DNA of 41,265 nucleotides, taken from positions 1-41,265 of the IMG/VR virus record IMGVR_UViG_3300045988_152616, one strand, 5' to 3'. How positions within the stretch are numbered: position 1 is the first letter of the stretch; every line of letters begins with the position of its first letter. Made by a program: the position numbers and the translations under genes. This DNA is from a virus. The notes beneath the pieces were generated by a model, which was given only the letters and a program-made list of their open reading frames with translations, searched no databases and was not told the origin of the DNA. Below are positions 1 through 8,738 of this stretch, piece by piece.

Positions 1-100
1 CATGTCGGCCCCTCTCATGTCGGCCCCTCTCATGTCGGCCCCTCTCATGTCGGCCCCTCTCATGTCGGCCCCTCTCATGTCGGCCCCTCTCATGTCGGCC
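1..100. repeat. Tandem 15-nt coding repeat (CATGTCGGCCCCTCT x6 plus 10 nt)
   Basis: Read directly. nt 1-40 are identical to nt 41226-41265. Confidence 0.95.
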
Positions 101-174
101 ATTTCTCCTCCATCCTCATCATTCAACCACATCTTGTGTTTTTCCAGGATGGTTTTCAGTTCGTTTGTGTTCAT
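1..174 (-). CDS. Pentapeptide-repeat protein, N-terminal part (continues at 41265..40803 across the window junction)
   Basis: ATG at 174 with GGAGG 7 nt upstream. Translates [25 protein letters not shown] followed by (ADMRG)n, open to nt 1. The codon phase of the repeat unit matches the C-terminal piece. Confidence 0.8.
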   Translation of the reverse strand, partial: MNTNELKTILEKHKMWLNDEDGGEMADMRGADMRGADMRGADMRGADMRGADMRGADM

Positions 175-398
175 GGTTTTGCCTCCCGAATATTATCTTT
201 AATCCACTCAATGTACATAAGCGCGTCAACAAGCTCCTCCTCAATATAGCGGATACGGGTGTCGATGCTGGCAGGGTTGGCCTCCAGGGGCAGTCCGTAT
301 TTTTTCAGGCCCTTTTCCCGCTGGTGGTGGTAGATGGCTGTAATGCGATCCCAGTATTTATCCACGACGCAGCTCCTCCCAAATTTTGCTAGACACAA
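171..398 (-). CDS. Small MazG-like / NTP pyrophosphohydrolase-like protein (probable true start GTG 365)
   Basis: ORF track 171..398. GGGAGGAG lies 7 nt upstream of GTG 365, which overlaps the dcd stop. The KYG...[13 protein letters not shown] helix pattern resembles all-alpha NTP pyrophosphohydrolases. Confidence 0.5.
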   Translation of the reverse strand: MCLAKFGRSCVVDKYWDRITAIYHHQREKGLKKYGLPLEANPASIDTRIRYIEEELVDALMYIEWIKDNIREAKP

Positions 399-885
399 TC
401 TCCCTGCTCCCCTGGTATTTGCCGTGGTAGGTATCCGTCACCTCCCCGCACACGGGATGATAGGACAGCTGCCCGATCTCCATGTTGGGGTAGATGCGGA
501 CCGGCTCCACGGCGACAATCTCCAGTGTCCAGTAGCCCTTGAATCCCACATCACCATAACCAGCCGTGACGTGGATGAACAGCCCTAAGCGCCCTATGGA
601 GGAACGCCCCTCCAACTTCGGCACCAGTCCGTAGGTCTCCGTCCACTCGTTGGTGCGACCGAGGTAGAGCTTCCCAGGGGTCAGCACAAGCCCCTCATCG
701 GGGATGGTGATGGTCCGTGTCCGGTTGTCCTGCCGGGGATCCAGACAGGCCTCGGTATAGACCATCAACTCCGGGGCCAGGGAGACGTTGTAGCTGTTCG
801 GGTTTACCCGGGCATCGTCCCAGGGTTCTATCACGATGGATCCAGCCTCATGCTGGAGTTTGATTTCGTTACCGCTTAAAATCAT
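358..885 (-). CDS. dcd: dCTP deaminase
   Basis: 175 aa. MILSGNEI..., [40 protein letters not shown] are hallmark Dcd/dUTPase-fold motifs. AGGAGG lies before the ATG. Confidence 0.93.
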   Translation of the reverse strand: MILSGNEIKLQHEAGSIVIEPWDDARVNPNSYNVSLAPELMVYTEACLDPRQDNRTRTITIPDEGLVLTPGKLYLGRTNEWTETYGLVPKLEGRSSIGRLGLFIHVTAGYGDVGFKGYWTLEIVAVEPVRIYPNMEIGQLSYHPVCGEVTDTYHGKYQGSREIVSSKIWEELRRG

Positions 886-1253
886 GGATTCCTCCTATTT
901 CTCAGACCCGCTTGATACACCGCTTCTAGGAACGCCTCTGCGTTCTCTAACGTACGTTCCCTGCCGAAGCGGTTAGCTGCAGCCTCAATTTTCTTCCAAA
1001 ACTGCGCCCGTTCCGTCTGCCCTTCCCGGACTGCCTGGAACTGCTTTTTTCTTATCTCGTACTCTCCCCGGATCCTTCCCTTCTCTGCCGCGGCATCCTC
1101 TCGAGGGATCTCACCCCGGCGATAGAGGGCATATAGATACCGCATAGCCTGGTAGGCTGCTTGGTCGTAGAGTGGAAGCCCCTCTGGCATGGCATCCCCT
1201 CGCATGGCGTCCCGCTCCCAGGGAAAGGAAAACCTCTCTCCCCCTGTTTTCAT
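882..1253 (-). CDS. Hypothetical protein (123 aa)
   Basis: Start MKTGGERF at 1253 forms an ATGA overlap with the VRR-NUC stop. The longer ORF-track version (to 1361) would overlap the upstream gene. Confidence 0.65.
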   Translation of the reverse strand: MKTGGERFSFPWERDAMRGDAMPEGLPLYDQAAYQAMRYLYALYRRGEIPREDAAAEKGRIRGEYEIRKKQFQAVREGQTERAQFWKKIEAAANRFGRERTLENAEAFLEAVYQAGLRNRRNP

Positions 1254-1627
1254 CGGTACTCTCCCAGGTCTAAGTACCACCCCAAAACCTGCACCGCTGC
1301 CTCCCAGCCGCGGCAGACGCAGGCGAAGTTTCCCGCCTCGCCCAGCTTCTTGATCCACCACTCTTGGGCCTGGCTGGTGCGGCCCCGCTCTGTTTTGAGC
1401 TCGATGTACAGGGCGTGGTACTCCCCTCGCGGCACTGGCAGACAGAGGTCCGGTACACCCTTCTTTACGCCGCCGGCGCGGTCGATGGCCACTTGGGTGG
1501 CGCCGCCTTGGGTCTCATTTTTGATGTGAAACAGCAGGGCGAGCTCCGGATACAGCGCGCGGACCTTCGGCTGCCGGGACCACCGGAATACTGCGGATTG
1601 ATGCTGATACTCTGTCACGTCATGCAC
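1250..1627 (-). CDS. VRR-NUC domain nuclease
   Basis: 125 aa. GVPDLCL ... YIELKTERGRTSQAQEWW matches the D..ExK VRR-NUC core. Confidence 0.85.
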   Translation of the reverse strand: MHDVTEYQHQSAVFRWSRQPKVRALYPELALLFHIKNETQGGATQVAIDRAGGVKKGVPDLCLPVPRGEYHALYIELKTERGRTSQAQEWWIKKLGEAGNFACVCRGWEAAVQVLGWYLDLGEYR

Positions 1628-3114
1628 TCCTTCCCCCCGTGGAACAAACGGTTTAGAATTTGACTGGCCTGCCCCTTGGTTAGTCCGCTTGGGTCAAACC
1701 CTCTGCACCGCCGCCGGATGATGTTCAACTGGTTCTCGCTGGCCGGCTGCTTCCCCCAGCGGTCCACCACATTCCTGTCCCAGAGATACCGGGAATCTTG
1801 GCACTCCTCTTGCAGGTATCGGTATGCCTCGTCTAGCCGTTCCTGCAGGGGCACGCCATTCACCTGCCCCAGTGCATCTGGGCAAGGGATGGTGATCTTC
1901 CGCCGCTCCGGCAGGGAGCACACCAGGGATCCATCTGGCATCCGAAACCAGTTCACATCGTGGAGTTGGTACTTCTGTTCCTCTGCCCACAGGTTGACGA
2001 TCTCCACGTTTTTGATCCAGCTTTCCGGGCAATCCGATGCAGCAGCCGCCCTGACCGGGAGGTCGAAAAGCATGCCCTGGACATCCTGCCGTCGTCTCTC
2101 GGGAACGTCATCCAGATTGATCCCCAGCAGAGAGGGCGCCGTACACAGGGAGGCCTTCCCGGTGGTCCCCACGCAGTCGATCAGGATGAGCCGCTCTTTG
2201 CCGGGATACAACCGGAGTCCTCTTCCTACCATTTGGGTGTAGAGCGCGTCAGACTGGGTGGGCCTTGCCAGGATCACCGTTTCCACGCGAGGAATGTCCG
2301 TCCCCTCCGTGAACACCATGCAGTTGACCAAGCAGGGAATCTCCCCGTCCGTAAACCGTCGGATGATCCCAGCCCGGTCCTTGGTCTCTCCGGTGACAAC
2401 GACGGCGCCAGGGATCCTCGCCGCGATCTCCTCTGCCTGGGCCACATTCACCGCGAAGATCAGGGTCGCCCCTTCCGCTTCCTCCCGATAAGCCTGGGCG
2501 ACGGCGTCAGCGGTGCCCTCCATCGCTTCGGCCAACTCACCGGGGGCGTAATCCCCCAGGCGGGTATGGACGGCGGAAAGGTCGTACCCGATGTTCACCC
2601 GTTTACACAGGATGTCACAGAGGTAGCCGTTTTGGATCCCCCACCGCAAATCTCGGGAGAAGATGATTTTCGAAAACACATCGTCCAGCCGTACCTTATC
2701 CCCTCGGTTCGGCGTTGCAGTAAACCCAAGCGTCAGGCGGGGGCGGAAATGGGAGAGGATTTTTCGGTAGGTCCGTGCAGCGGCGTGGTGGGCTTCATCC
2801 ACGATTACCGTGTCAAACTCGTCCTGGGCGAACCGGTCCAGGCGCCGCACCAACGTCTGCACGCTGGCGGAGATCACATCCTCCCCGTGGCTCCGGCTGG
2901 CGGCACGCTCCACCCCAAAAGAGCAGGCGTAATACTTCCTGGGCTGCTCCACCAGTTCCTCTCGGTGAGAAAGGAGCAGCACCCGCCCCTGCCGGGGTAG
3001 GTTGGCAAAGGTGACGGTTTTGCCCAACCCGGTAGCCATCTGCACCAAATACCGTCCTGGGGGCTGCGCGCTGATGGCGGAGATGGCCTCCTTCTGATAC
3101 GGCCTTAACTCCAT
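1615..3114 (-). CDS. SF2 DEAD/DEAH-box (ResIII/SNF2-like) helicase
   Basis: 499 aa. LRPYQKEA, Walker A TGLGKT, DEAHH, TATP and QMVGRGLR motifs. Confidence 0.92.
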   Translation of the reverse strand: MELRPYQKEAISAISAQPPGRYLVQMATGLGKTVTFANLPRQGRVLLLSHREELVEQPRKYYACSFGVERAASRSHGEDVISASVQTLVRRLDRFAQDEFDTVIVDEAHHAAARTYRKILSHFRPRLTLGFTATPNRGDKVRLDDVFSKIIFSRDLRWGIQNGYLCDILCKRVNIGYDLSAVHTRLGDYAPGELAEAMEGTADAVAQAYREEAEGATLIFAVNVAQAEEIAARIPGAVVVTGETKDRAGIIRRFTDGEIPCLVNCMVFTEGTDIPRVETVILARPTQSDALYTQMVGRGLRLYPGKERLILIDCVGTTGKASLCTAPSLLGINLDDVPERRRQDVQGMLFDLPVRAAAASDCPESWIKNVEIVNLWAEEQKYQLHDVNWFRMPDGSLVCSLPERRKITIPCPDALGQVNGVPLQERLDEAYRYLQEECQDSRYLWDRNVVDRWGKQPASENQLNIIRRRCRGFDPSGLTKGQASQILNRLFHGGKECMT

Positions 3115-3299
3115 GGGGAAGATTCATCTCCTTCCGTGCGTTTGTCCAACGTGTCTCGAACGATATCCAGGATGATGTCTGCCTCCTGCCGGGTGAAGTT
3201 TACCGCCGGCTCGCAGACAATCTGCTTCACGATCTTCGCTGCGTGCTCGGAGATCTTCATCAAGCGGTACGGCGGGATGTGATACCCGTTCTTTTCCAT
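3105..3299 (-). CDS. Hypothetical protein (64 aa)
   Basis: ATG at 3299 preceded by AGGAGG. The upstream part of ORF 3105..3458 lies in the iteron region and is probably non-coding. Confidence 0.6.
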   Translation of the reverse strand: MEKNGYHIPPYRLMKISEHAAKIVKQIVCEPAVNFTRQEADIILDIVRDTLDKRTEGDESSPWS

Positions 3300-3597
3300 G
3301 TTTGTGTCCTCCTTTCTTATCTTGTGGGACCCGTGGGACCGTGTGGGACTGGCGGTCCCACGTGCAAACCCTTGAGCCTCAACGGTTTCCGGGTTTTGTG
3401 GGACTGTGGGACCGATTTCACGTTTTCCTATATAGGAAAAATGTGTACGTGTACACACCCATTTCTATAGGGGGTGTGTGTATGTCCAAAACAGCCCCAC
3501 AGTCCCACACGGGACCGCAAACCCTTCTGTGCCAACGGTTTGCGCTGTGGGACCGATGTGGGAAAATGCCCCAAAATCCCCCGCATCGTGGGACTTT
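3300..3597. repeat. Iteron cluster / putative origin of replication
   Basis: GTGGGAC at 3324, 3333, 3343, 3398, 3406, 3547 and 3588. Inverted GTCCCAC at 3355 and 3502, and GTGGGAA at 3558. These flank an AT-rich core with the perfect 18-bp palindrome TTTTCCTATATAGGAAAA (3423-3440) and GTGTAC repeats. Confidence 0.6.
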
Positions 3598-5427
3598 TCA
3601 CAGAATTTCATCTAATTCTGCCTCCTCTTCTTCTGGAAGAACCAGGCAAACGCACTCCGACAAGATGCCGTTGATCCGCTTGCCTCGGGTCATGTTTTTT
3701 CCCCGGGTCCGAATTTTTCCGTTCTGTTTCAGCCAACTCAGCACCGCCCTTGGGGAAAAGCCGGCATCTGAAACGGCGTCGTGGAATACCTTTCGGATGA
3801 TGTACACCTCGCCGGCCTCGATGGTGCCGTATACATCCCGCCCGGTGCTCTCCGCCGTGGAGGCGGCAAATCGCAGGCCGTTTTGCGCCACCCAATCGCA
3901 CAGAAACTGGTACCCCCGCTCCCCGGTGGAAACGGTGGCCCTCGAGGCCAGAAACTCCGCCATGTCCTCCATGGTAAGCTCCCTGCCATCCTGGAACAGC
4001 CAACCGGTCGCCAGCTTGTCCGCCACTAGGATGGCAGCGGCGGCCATTGCCTGCTTCTCGGTGGTGTCCCGCCGGGAGAGGTCTTTAAACAGGGCGTTGT
4101 ATTCCTGGCGGACCGTGTCCAGCGCGCCGTCTATGCCGTAAAGCAGTTCTACGAACCGACGGCCTGCAAAGCCATAGTTTTGCTTCAGGGCATTGGCCAC
4201 CCGCATGCCGTCTGTAATCACCGCATGGTCCGCCTTGCACTCGATGTCAATCACCCGGTTTACTGCCCCGGCGCCGGCGCTGGTGGAGGTGAGCGGGCTC
4301 TCTCCGGTGGTGAGGATACAGTTCCGCCAGGTCGGGGTCAGATCAATGCCGCCGGCCTTGTTCCCCCGGGTGCGGCCCACCCCCTGGGCCAGCTTGTACA
4401 CGTCGAACTGCGTACGTCCTCGCCCGTCTTTGGCCAACTGCAACTCATCCAAACAGAGGGGCAGGTGATTGAGGAACGCCGCCGTCTTTTCGTGGCCCAC
4501 CACGGTGGCGTCAAAAGTTTTGATGTACGCCCCCATGGCGGGGTCTGCCCACACGGAGGCCGCCAACATCAGCGCCACCGTCTTGCCGGTGCCGGAATCC
4601 ACGCCCCACAGGTGGACGAAGAAGGGCAGCGCCCCCAGGACCTCCAGCAGCGGAGACGCGAAAGATGCCGCCAGTACGATCCTGGCCGTGGTGGACATCG
4701 CCCGGCAGTCTTTGGCCACATCCACCCACGCCTCCCATGTTCCGGAAGAACGGACGCAGGCGAAGAGATTTTGGAAGGCTGCATCCCCGTCAAAAATCAG
4801 ACCATCCACATAGGGGGAAAAGCCCTCCCCCGGAATGTATCCCAGCCGGCCGATGCTCTTCCGCTCTGGGATGCGCTCATAGTTCAAATTCTCAAGATCG
4901 GAGATGTACTGGACGAAGGCCTTTGCCGTCTCGCTGGTGACCGAGACACCACGATCTGCCAATGAGGTGACCTTCTGCGCGGAAGCCAGCGTCGATTTGT
5001 CCACGATGATCTCCCGCCAAGACCTCCCCTTCCGGAAGGCCAAGCGGAGCTTTTCCACCCCGGTGTCGATGTTAACCAACCGCTCCACCGGCATTACCGG
5101 ATGGGGACAAGCCACAAGAGTGGCCAAGCTGGAGGACTTCAGCACGCCGGTGTCATCTGCCTCCCACTCGCCAGCATCCAGTTCCATGGGCTGGCCGGTA
5201 AACATGGTCACATTGCCGGCCAGCATCCGTCCGTCTGGCAGGGAAACCGTCTCGCAATACCGCTTATACATGGTTTTGAACCCGACAAACCCCTGCCGCT
5301 TGGCGTAGTCAGCCATCACCGCCAGAACCCGTTCATGTTCAAAGGGGTTCTTCCGGAAGCTGTACACATATTCGTATGGGGCAACCCCCGCCACGAAGTC
5401 CTCCAGGGAATAACTCAATTCTTCCAT
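3598..5427 (-). CDS. Replicative helicase/ATPase, DUF927 (phage/plasmid primase-helicase C-terminal type)
   Basis: Walker A GVDSGTGKTV, then LMLAASVWADP...LCLDELQ. Start MEELSYS at 5427 follows GGAGGTGG. The ORF-track start 5475 overlaps the upstream gene. Confidence 0.8.
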   Translation of the reverse strand: MEELSYSLEDFVAGVAPYEYVYSFRKNPFEHERVLAVMADYAKRQGFVGFKTMYKRYCETVSLPDGRMLAGNVTMFTGQPMELDAGEWEADDTGVLKSSSLATLVACPHPVMPVERLVNIDTGVEKLRLAFRKGRSWREIIVDKSTLASAQKVTSLADRGVSVTSETAKAFVQYISDLENLNYERIPERKSIGRLGYIPGEGFSPYVDGLIFDGDAAFQNLFACVRSSGTWEAWVDVAKDCRAMSTTARIVLAASFASPLLEVLGALPFFVHLWGVDSGTGKTVALMLAASVWADPAMGAYIKTFDATVVGHEKTAAFLNHLPLCLDELQLAKDGRGRTQFDVYKLAQGVGRTRGNKAGGIDLTPTWRNCILTTGESPLTSTSAGAGAVNRVIDIECKADHAVITDGMRVANALKQNYGFAGRRFVELLYGIDGALDTVRQEYNALFKDLSRRDTTEKQAMAAAAILVADKLATGWLFQDGRELTMEDMAEFLASRATVSTGERGYQFLCDWVAQNGLRFAASTAESTGRDVYGTIEAGEVYIIRKVFHDAVSDAGFSPRAVLSWLKQNGKIRTRGKNMTRGKRINGILSECVCLVLPEEEEAELDEIL

Positions 5428-5966
5428 CGTAACCACCTCCGATCCACCATGCAGTCCAGCAGGTACGCCAGCCACGGAAGCTCCTTCACCGCCGTCTCAT
5501 AGAGGGGGTGAATGTAGTCCCCGTCCCCCGGCTCCGGCGCGAAGGCCAGCTTCACAGCCCACCAGTACCGGTGTTCCTGGAGGAGCGCCAACTCTTCCTC
5601 TCCTTCCCGGGCCAGACGTTCCTCTGCCTCCTGGGCTTTTTTACGGGCCTCTGACAGGGCTTTTCGATCTGGGGTATCCGAGGTCAACCCCAGGTGAAAG
5701 TCCGCGTTGAGACGAAGGCAGGCCTGCAGGAAGGTGATTCCAAAGAGCTCCATCACAAAATCGATCGAGGAGCCACCTTTCCCACAGCCAAAGCAATGCC
5801 ATCCGCCGTCCGGAAAGAGTTTCAGGGAGGGGGTTCGGTCCCCCTGGTGGAATGGGCAGCGGAGGAATCCGTTCCGCGCCGGCGGGTACCCATAGAATCT
5901 GGCTGCTTCCTCCGTGGTGACCTGGGCCTTGATTTGGGCGGCCAGGTCAGAACGGGAAGTCTTCAT
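5415..5966 (-). CDS. CHC2 zinc-finger (DnaG-primase-type zinc-binding domain) protein
   Basis: 183 aa. CPFHQGDRTPSLKLF...WHCFGCGKGGSSIDFV is the CHC2 primase zinc finger. Confidence 0.85.
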   Translation of the reverse strand: MKTSRSDLAAQIKAQVTTEEAARFYGYPPARNGFLRCPFHQGDRTPSLKLFPDGGWHCFGCGKGGSSIDFVMELFGITFLQACLRLNADFHLGLTSDTPDRKALSEARKKAQEAEERLAREGEEELALLQEHRYWWAVKLAFAPEPGDGDYIHPLYETAVKELPWLAYLLDCMVDRRWLRWKN

Positions 5967-6336
5967 CGCCCTCTCCTGTCATCGGTTCCAGCGGGGGCGA
6001 TTCTGGGGAGCCCTCTGGGGCGGCCTCCTTCGGCCCGACAAAGTGCACCCGATCCACGGACAGCTCCGTGTTGCTCCGGCTGTTTCCGTTCTGGTCCTGC
6101 CAGGCATTGGTCCGAAGTTCTCCTTCCAGGACAATTTCTTTTCCTTTGGAAAAGTGGTTCTGTACTATCTCCGCGGTGTTCCCCCAGGCAGTGCAGGGCA
6201 GAAAGAGTTTGACCTCCTGTTCCTTGTACTTCCTGGACCACGCCACCCGGAAGTTACAAACGCTTGTCCCGTTGTTTGTGGTTCTGGTCTCCGGGTCCGC
6301 CACCAGGCGGCCGTGTATAATCGCTTTGTTTACCAT
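5947..6336 (-). CDS. ssb: Single-stranded DNA-binding protein
   Basis: 129 aa. OB-fold pattern NKAIIHGRLVADPE..., acidic tail ending DEDFPF. Confidence 0.92.
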   Translation of the reverse strand: MVNKAIIHGRLVADPETRTTNNGTSVCNFRVAWSRKYKEQEVKLFLPCTAWGNTAEIVQNHFSKGKEIVLEGELRTNAWQDQNGNSRSNTELSVDRVHFVGPKEAAPEGSPESPPLEPMTGEGDEDFPF

Positions 6337-7166
6337 GTCCCAACCTCTCTATAATCCAAAATCGTGTGGAGGGCGCAGGTTGCCCGGCAGTAAGGACAGT
6401 TCCCGCAGCGCTTTGGGGCCTCCCGTCCCTCCTTGATGGCTTGGTACCGGGGCGCCCGGTCCTCTACCTCCGCCAATTTTGCGGCCAAGTCCCCGTCAGG
6501 GATGTACAGCGCCTCCAGACCGGGCGGGTCCTCCTTGGTCCCCACCGCCAGGATGAAAGGCAGCAGATGCCCTTCTATGGCCTGGTAGATGGCACCCTGA
6601 AGGTCATAGCCCCGGCGTACGGCAAAGGGAACGCGGCAGCGGGTCTCCGGGTCCCAGATGTCCTCCGTGTCCCGCATTACCTTTTGGTCTACAATGGCGC
6701 CGTCACAAAATCCTAGGGCTGTTTGTGTTTCCGGAAACTGCCGGACAATCTCCCGGCAGGTCTCGGCGTCCAGTAGGCTGTCGATCTTGATCTTGAACGG
6801 TACCCCCGCAATGGCCCCGGTTCGGATCACCTGCTTTTCCCCACGCATCAGAAGGGTGTAAAGGGGATCCCCTTCCATCCTTCGGATCAGTTCCTCCGCC
6901 CGGAGAAACTCCGACTTCAGGGTGCCGTCCCGCTTAAACAGGCCTGGGTGTTCCGCCCGAAAGGTATCCATCTCTTGGGAGAATGCCGCGTCCACGTAGG
7001 ACCCCACCAGCAGGGCTGTACTCTCCTGGGAGGGCCATTCCCCGCGGAGTTCTGCCAGCGCGGCAGCCTCGCAGCGATCGAAGGCCTTGAATTGGGAGGC
7101 GCTCATATAGGCCATCTGGATTTCCGGGGAAAAGTAGTTCTCCCGGGTGACCTCTGGTAGACTCAC
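6330..7166 (-). CDS. PD-(D/E)XK exonuclease (RecE/Cas4-like, C-terminal Cys cluster)
   Basis: GTG 7166 follows GGAGGTGGAGG and forms a GTGA overlap with the upstream stop. YFSPEIQMAYMSASQFKAF resembles a DUF3799-like N-terminus. C-terminal CGNCPYCRATC. Confidence 0.7.
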   Translation of the reverse strand: MSLPEVTRENYFSPEIQMAYMSASQFKAFDRCEAAALAELRGEWPSQESTALLVGSYVDAAFSQEMDTFRAEHPGLFKRDGTLKSEFLRAEELIRRMEGDPLYTLLMRGEKQVIRTGAIAGVPFKIKIDSLLDAETCREIVRQFPETQTALGFCDGAIVDQKVMRDTEDIWDPETRCRVPFAVRRGYDLQGAIYQAIEGHLLPFILAVGTKEDPPGLEALYIPDGDLAAKLAEVEDRAPRYQAIKEGREAPKRCGNCPYCRATCALHTILDYREVGTW

Positions 7167-7672
7167 GCCTCCACCTCCCCTTCCGCCACCTTCCGCTTTT
7201 GTGCACAGGCTGCACACAGGGTCGCTCCGTACTTCTTCTCGGTGTAGGTCGCCAGCCACCGGGCATCCCTCCCCATCGCCGGGGTGATGGCCTGGCCGCA
7301 ATCTTTGCAGGGGGGCACCGGCGCCTGCGCCTTGGGCCGGAAAGGGCGGACCCGAACGGCGGAAACCACATCCCCAAACGCCTTGATGCCGTGCTCGATG
7401 TAGAGTTGCACCTGCACCCCAGGCCAGTCCTCAAAGTAACCGCTGCCGGCCACCTTCTCGATGGATTTGGACCGGGCCACGTTGAGGATCATGGGTTTGT
7501 TCCCCGCCTCCTTCCAGTGAATCACCGCCTTCTTGGACTTCCCCTCGGCGGTCTGGACGGTTTCCGCTTGGTTGACCTTCTCGATGGTGAGGACCTTTTC
7601 TTCCCCTTCCTGAAAGTCCCCCTCCCCGATGAAGTTCGGGTCAGAAACCACTTTCTTCCAGTGGGTCTTCAC
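7163..7672 (-). CDS. Hypothetical protein with C-terminal CxxC...CxxC zinc ribbon (169 aa)
   Basis: GTG 7672 forms a GTGA overlap with the stop of 7669..7860 and follows GGGAGGTG. C-terminal CKDCGQ...CAACAQ. Confidence 0.6.
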   Translation of the reverse strand: MKTHWKKVVSDPNFIGEGDFQEGEEKVLTIEKVNQAETVQTAEGKSKKAVIHWKEAGNKPMILNVARSKSIEKVAGSGYFEDWPGVQVQLYIEHGIKAFGDVVSAVRVRPFRPKAQAPVPPCKDCGQAITPAMGRDARWLATYTEKKYGATLCAACAQKRKVAEGEVEA

Positions 7673-7860
7673 GTCTCGGCACCTCCCGACAGGATGAACT
7701 CGCAGAACTGTTCCAGGTTCTCGTCGATGTACTCCGACATGGTGAACCCGTGGGTCTGAAACATGAAGTCCAGAAACGGGTCCGGCTCCTCTTTGATGTA
7801 TGCCCGCACCACCTTCTCTGACACAGGGAAGTTGATGGGCTTTGGGAACCACTCACTCAT
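7669..7860 (-). CDS. Hypothetical protein (63 aa)
   Basis: ORF track. Coupled to its neighbours by short overlaps. Confidence 0.55.
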   Translation of the reverse strand: MSEWFPKPINFPVSEKVVRAYIKEEPDPFLDFMFQTHGFTMSEYIDENLEQFCEFILSGGAET

Positions 7861-8083
7861 GGTTCGATTCCTCCTTCTTCTTTTGCTGGTTAATCCAGTT
7901 GTAAATGGTTTTGACCGTAACGTGATAGTGCTCCGCCAAAACCTTCTTGTTCTCCGTCGTCGCCCTCCGTTCAGCGAAGTCTGCCGGGACGCCCCGCCGC
8001 TTGTAGCAGCATTTGCCCTTGCAGTCCAACGCTGGGCAGTGGAGGCAGCGCTGGATTTTCTCCATAGGTTCCGACCGCGGCAC
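7853..8083 (-). CDS. Small HTH DNA-binding protein with Cys-rich N-terminus (start uncertain: 8083, 8065 or 8170)
   Basis: The stop of 8103..8285 is followed by GAGGGAGGA, 5 nt, then GTG 8083. The C-terminus KKVLAEHYHVTVKTIYNWI looks like an HTH. Confidence 0.55.
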   Translation of the reverse strand: MPRSEPMEKIQRCLHCPALDCKGKCCYKRRGVPADFAERRATTENKKVLAEHYHVTVKTIYNWINQQKKKEESNHE

Positions 8084-8102
8084 GCGGGTCCTCCCTCGGT
8101 TT

Positions 8103-8285
8103 CTAAGGGAGGGACTTTCTCTCCAGGGTCGATGCCCTTGTGTTTCCACCTTCACGCCGTTGATCTTCATGACGCAACCTCCATTCACACTTCGGGCAGA
8201 TGTACACCTTTCCGCCTGGTTCTATGGCAGACACATTCCGCCGGTTGCCACAACGGCGGCAAACGCGGTACACGGGGCCGCTCAT
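8103..8285 (-). CDS. Small zinc-ribbon protein (60 aa)
   Basis: CRRCGN...CPKCEW. ATGA overlap with the upstream gene. Confidence 0.5.
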   Translation of the reverse strand: MSGPVYRVCRRCGNRRNVSAIEPGGKVYICPKCEWRLRHEDQRREGGNTRASTLERKSLP

Positions 8286-8446
8286 ACTACACGGAGGGGA
8301 ATGCCCAGACGGGACAGGGCGGCGTTGGTGCGGGCCTTTCGGTCCTTCTTGGCCTGCTCAGCGTGGCGCTTTTTCATGACAGGAGCAATCGCCCGGATCA
8401 TGGTGTCCTCAGCCAAAGCGGCCTTTCTCTCTAACAGTGCGTTCAT
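8282..8446 (-). CDS. Hypothetical protein (54 aa)
   Basis: ATG 8446 after AGAGGAGGAA. ATGA overlaps at both ends. Confidence 0.5.
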   Translation of the reverse strand: MNALLERKAALAEDTMIRAIAPVMKKRHAEQAKKDRKARTNAALSRLGIPLRVV

Positions 8447-8661
8447 TGTGTTTCCTCCTCTTTCTTTCCCTCCGCCCAGGCGATAAATCCAAGACGTGGG
8501 ATTTTCATACGGTTTCCAATAAAGATAAACCGGAACGGGATTGATTCCGGGATTTGCTTCGCCTGCACCCGGATTTTCTGCGGGTCGCACCCGAGTACCG
8601 GAGCGATGTCGGCAGGCGTGAGCACGTCTTTTGTGCTCGCGATGATTTCCTGGTAGGTCAC
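8443..8661 (-). CDS. Excisionase/MerR-type (HTH_17-like) DNA-binding protein
   Basis: 72 aa. LTPADIAPVLGCDPQKIR...IGNRMKIPRLGFIAW resembles a winged-helix Xis-family pattern. Confidence 0.55.
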   Translation of the reverse strand: MTYQEIIASTKDVLTPADIAPVLGCDPQKIRVQAKQIPESIPFRFIFIGNRMKIPRLGFIAWAEGKKEEETQ

Positions 8662-8738
8662 GGTTGGCCTCCCTTCGTGATTGCCACCGTCGCCAACACA
8701 ACAGCCCAGGCGAGGATGGCGAGGCGCAACGGTTTCAT
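8658..8738 (-). CDS. 26-aa hydrophobic micro-protein (MKPLRLAILAWAVVLATVAITKGGQP)
   Basis: Not in the ORF track (too short). ATGA overlap with the upstream stop and GTGA overlap with the downstream start. One predicted TM helix. Confidence 0.35.
   Translation of the reverse strand: MKPLRLAILAWAVVLATVAITKGGQP

Noticed and set aside
1-100. Regular 15-nt repeats at both window ends could be taken for a CRISPR array or non-coding satellite.
   Set aside because: There are no spacers. The units are contiguous, in frame, and encode [10 protein letters not shown] pentapeptide repeats of a gene with a clear start, RBS and C-terminal domain.
882-1361. N-terminally extended versions of several ORF-track entries (882..1361, 3105..3458, 7163..7852, 8282..8701, 9288..9692, 15018..15407, 16597..17046, 38137..38814).
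   Set aside because: The extensions overlap the preceding gene extensively. Internal starts with GGAGG-type RBS or ATGA/GTGA coupling to the upstream stop fit much better.
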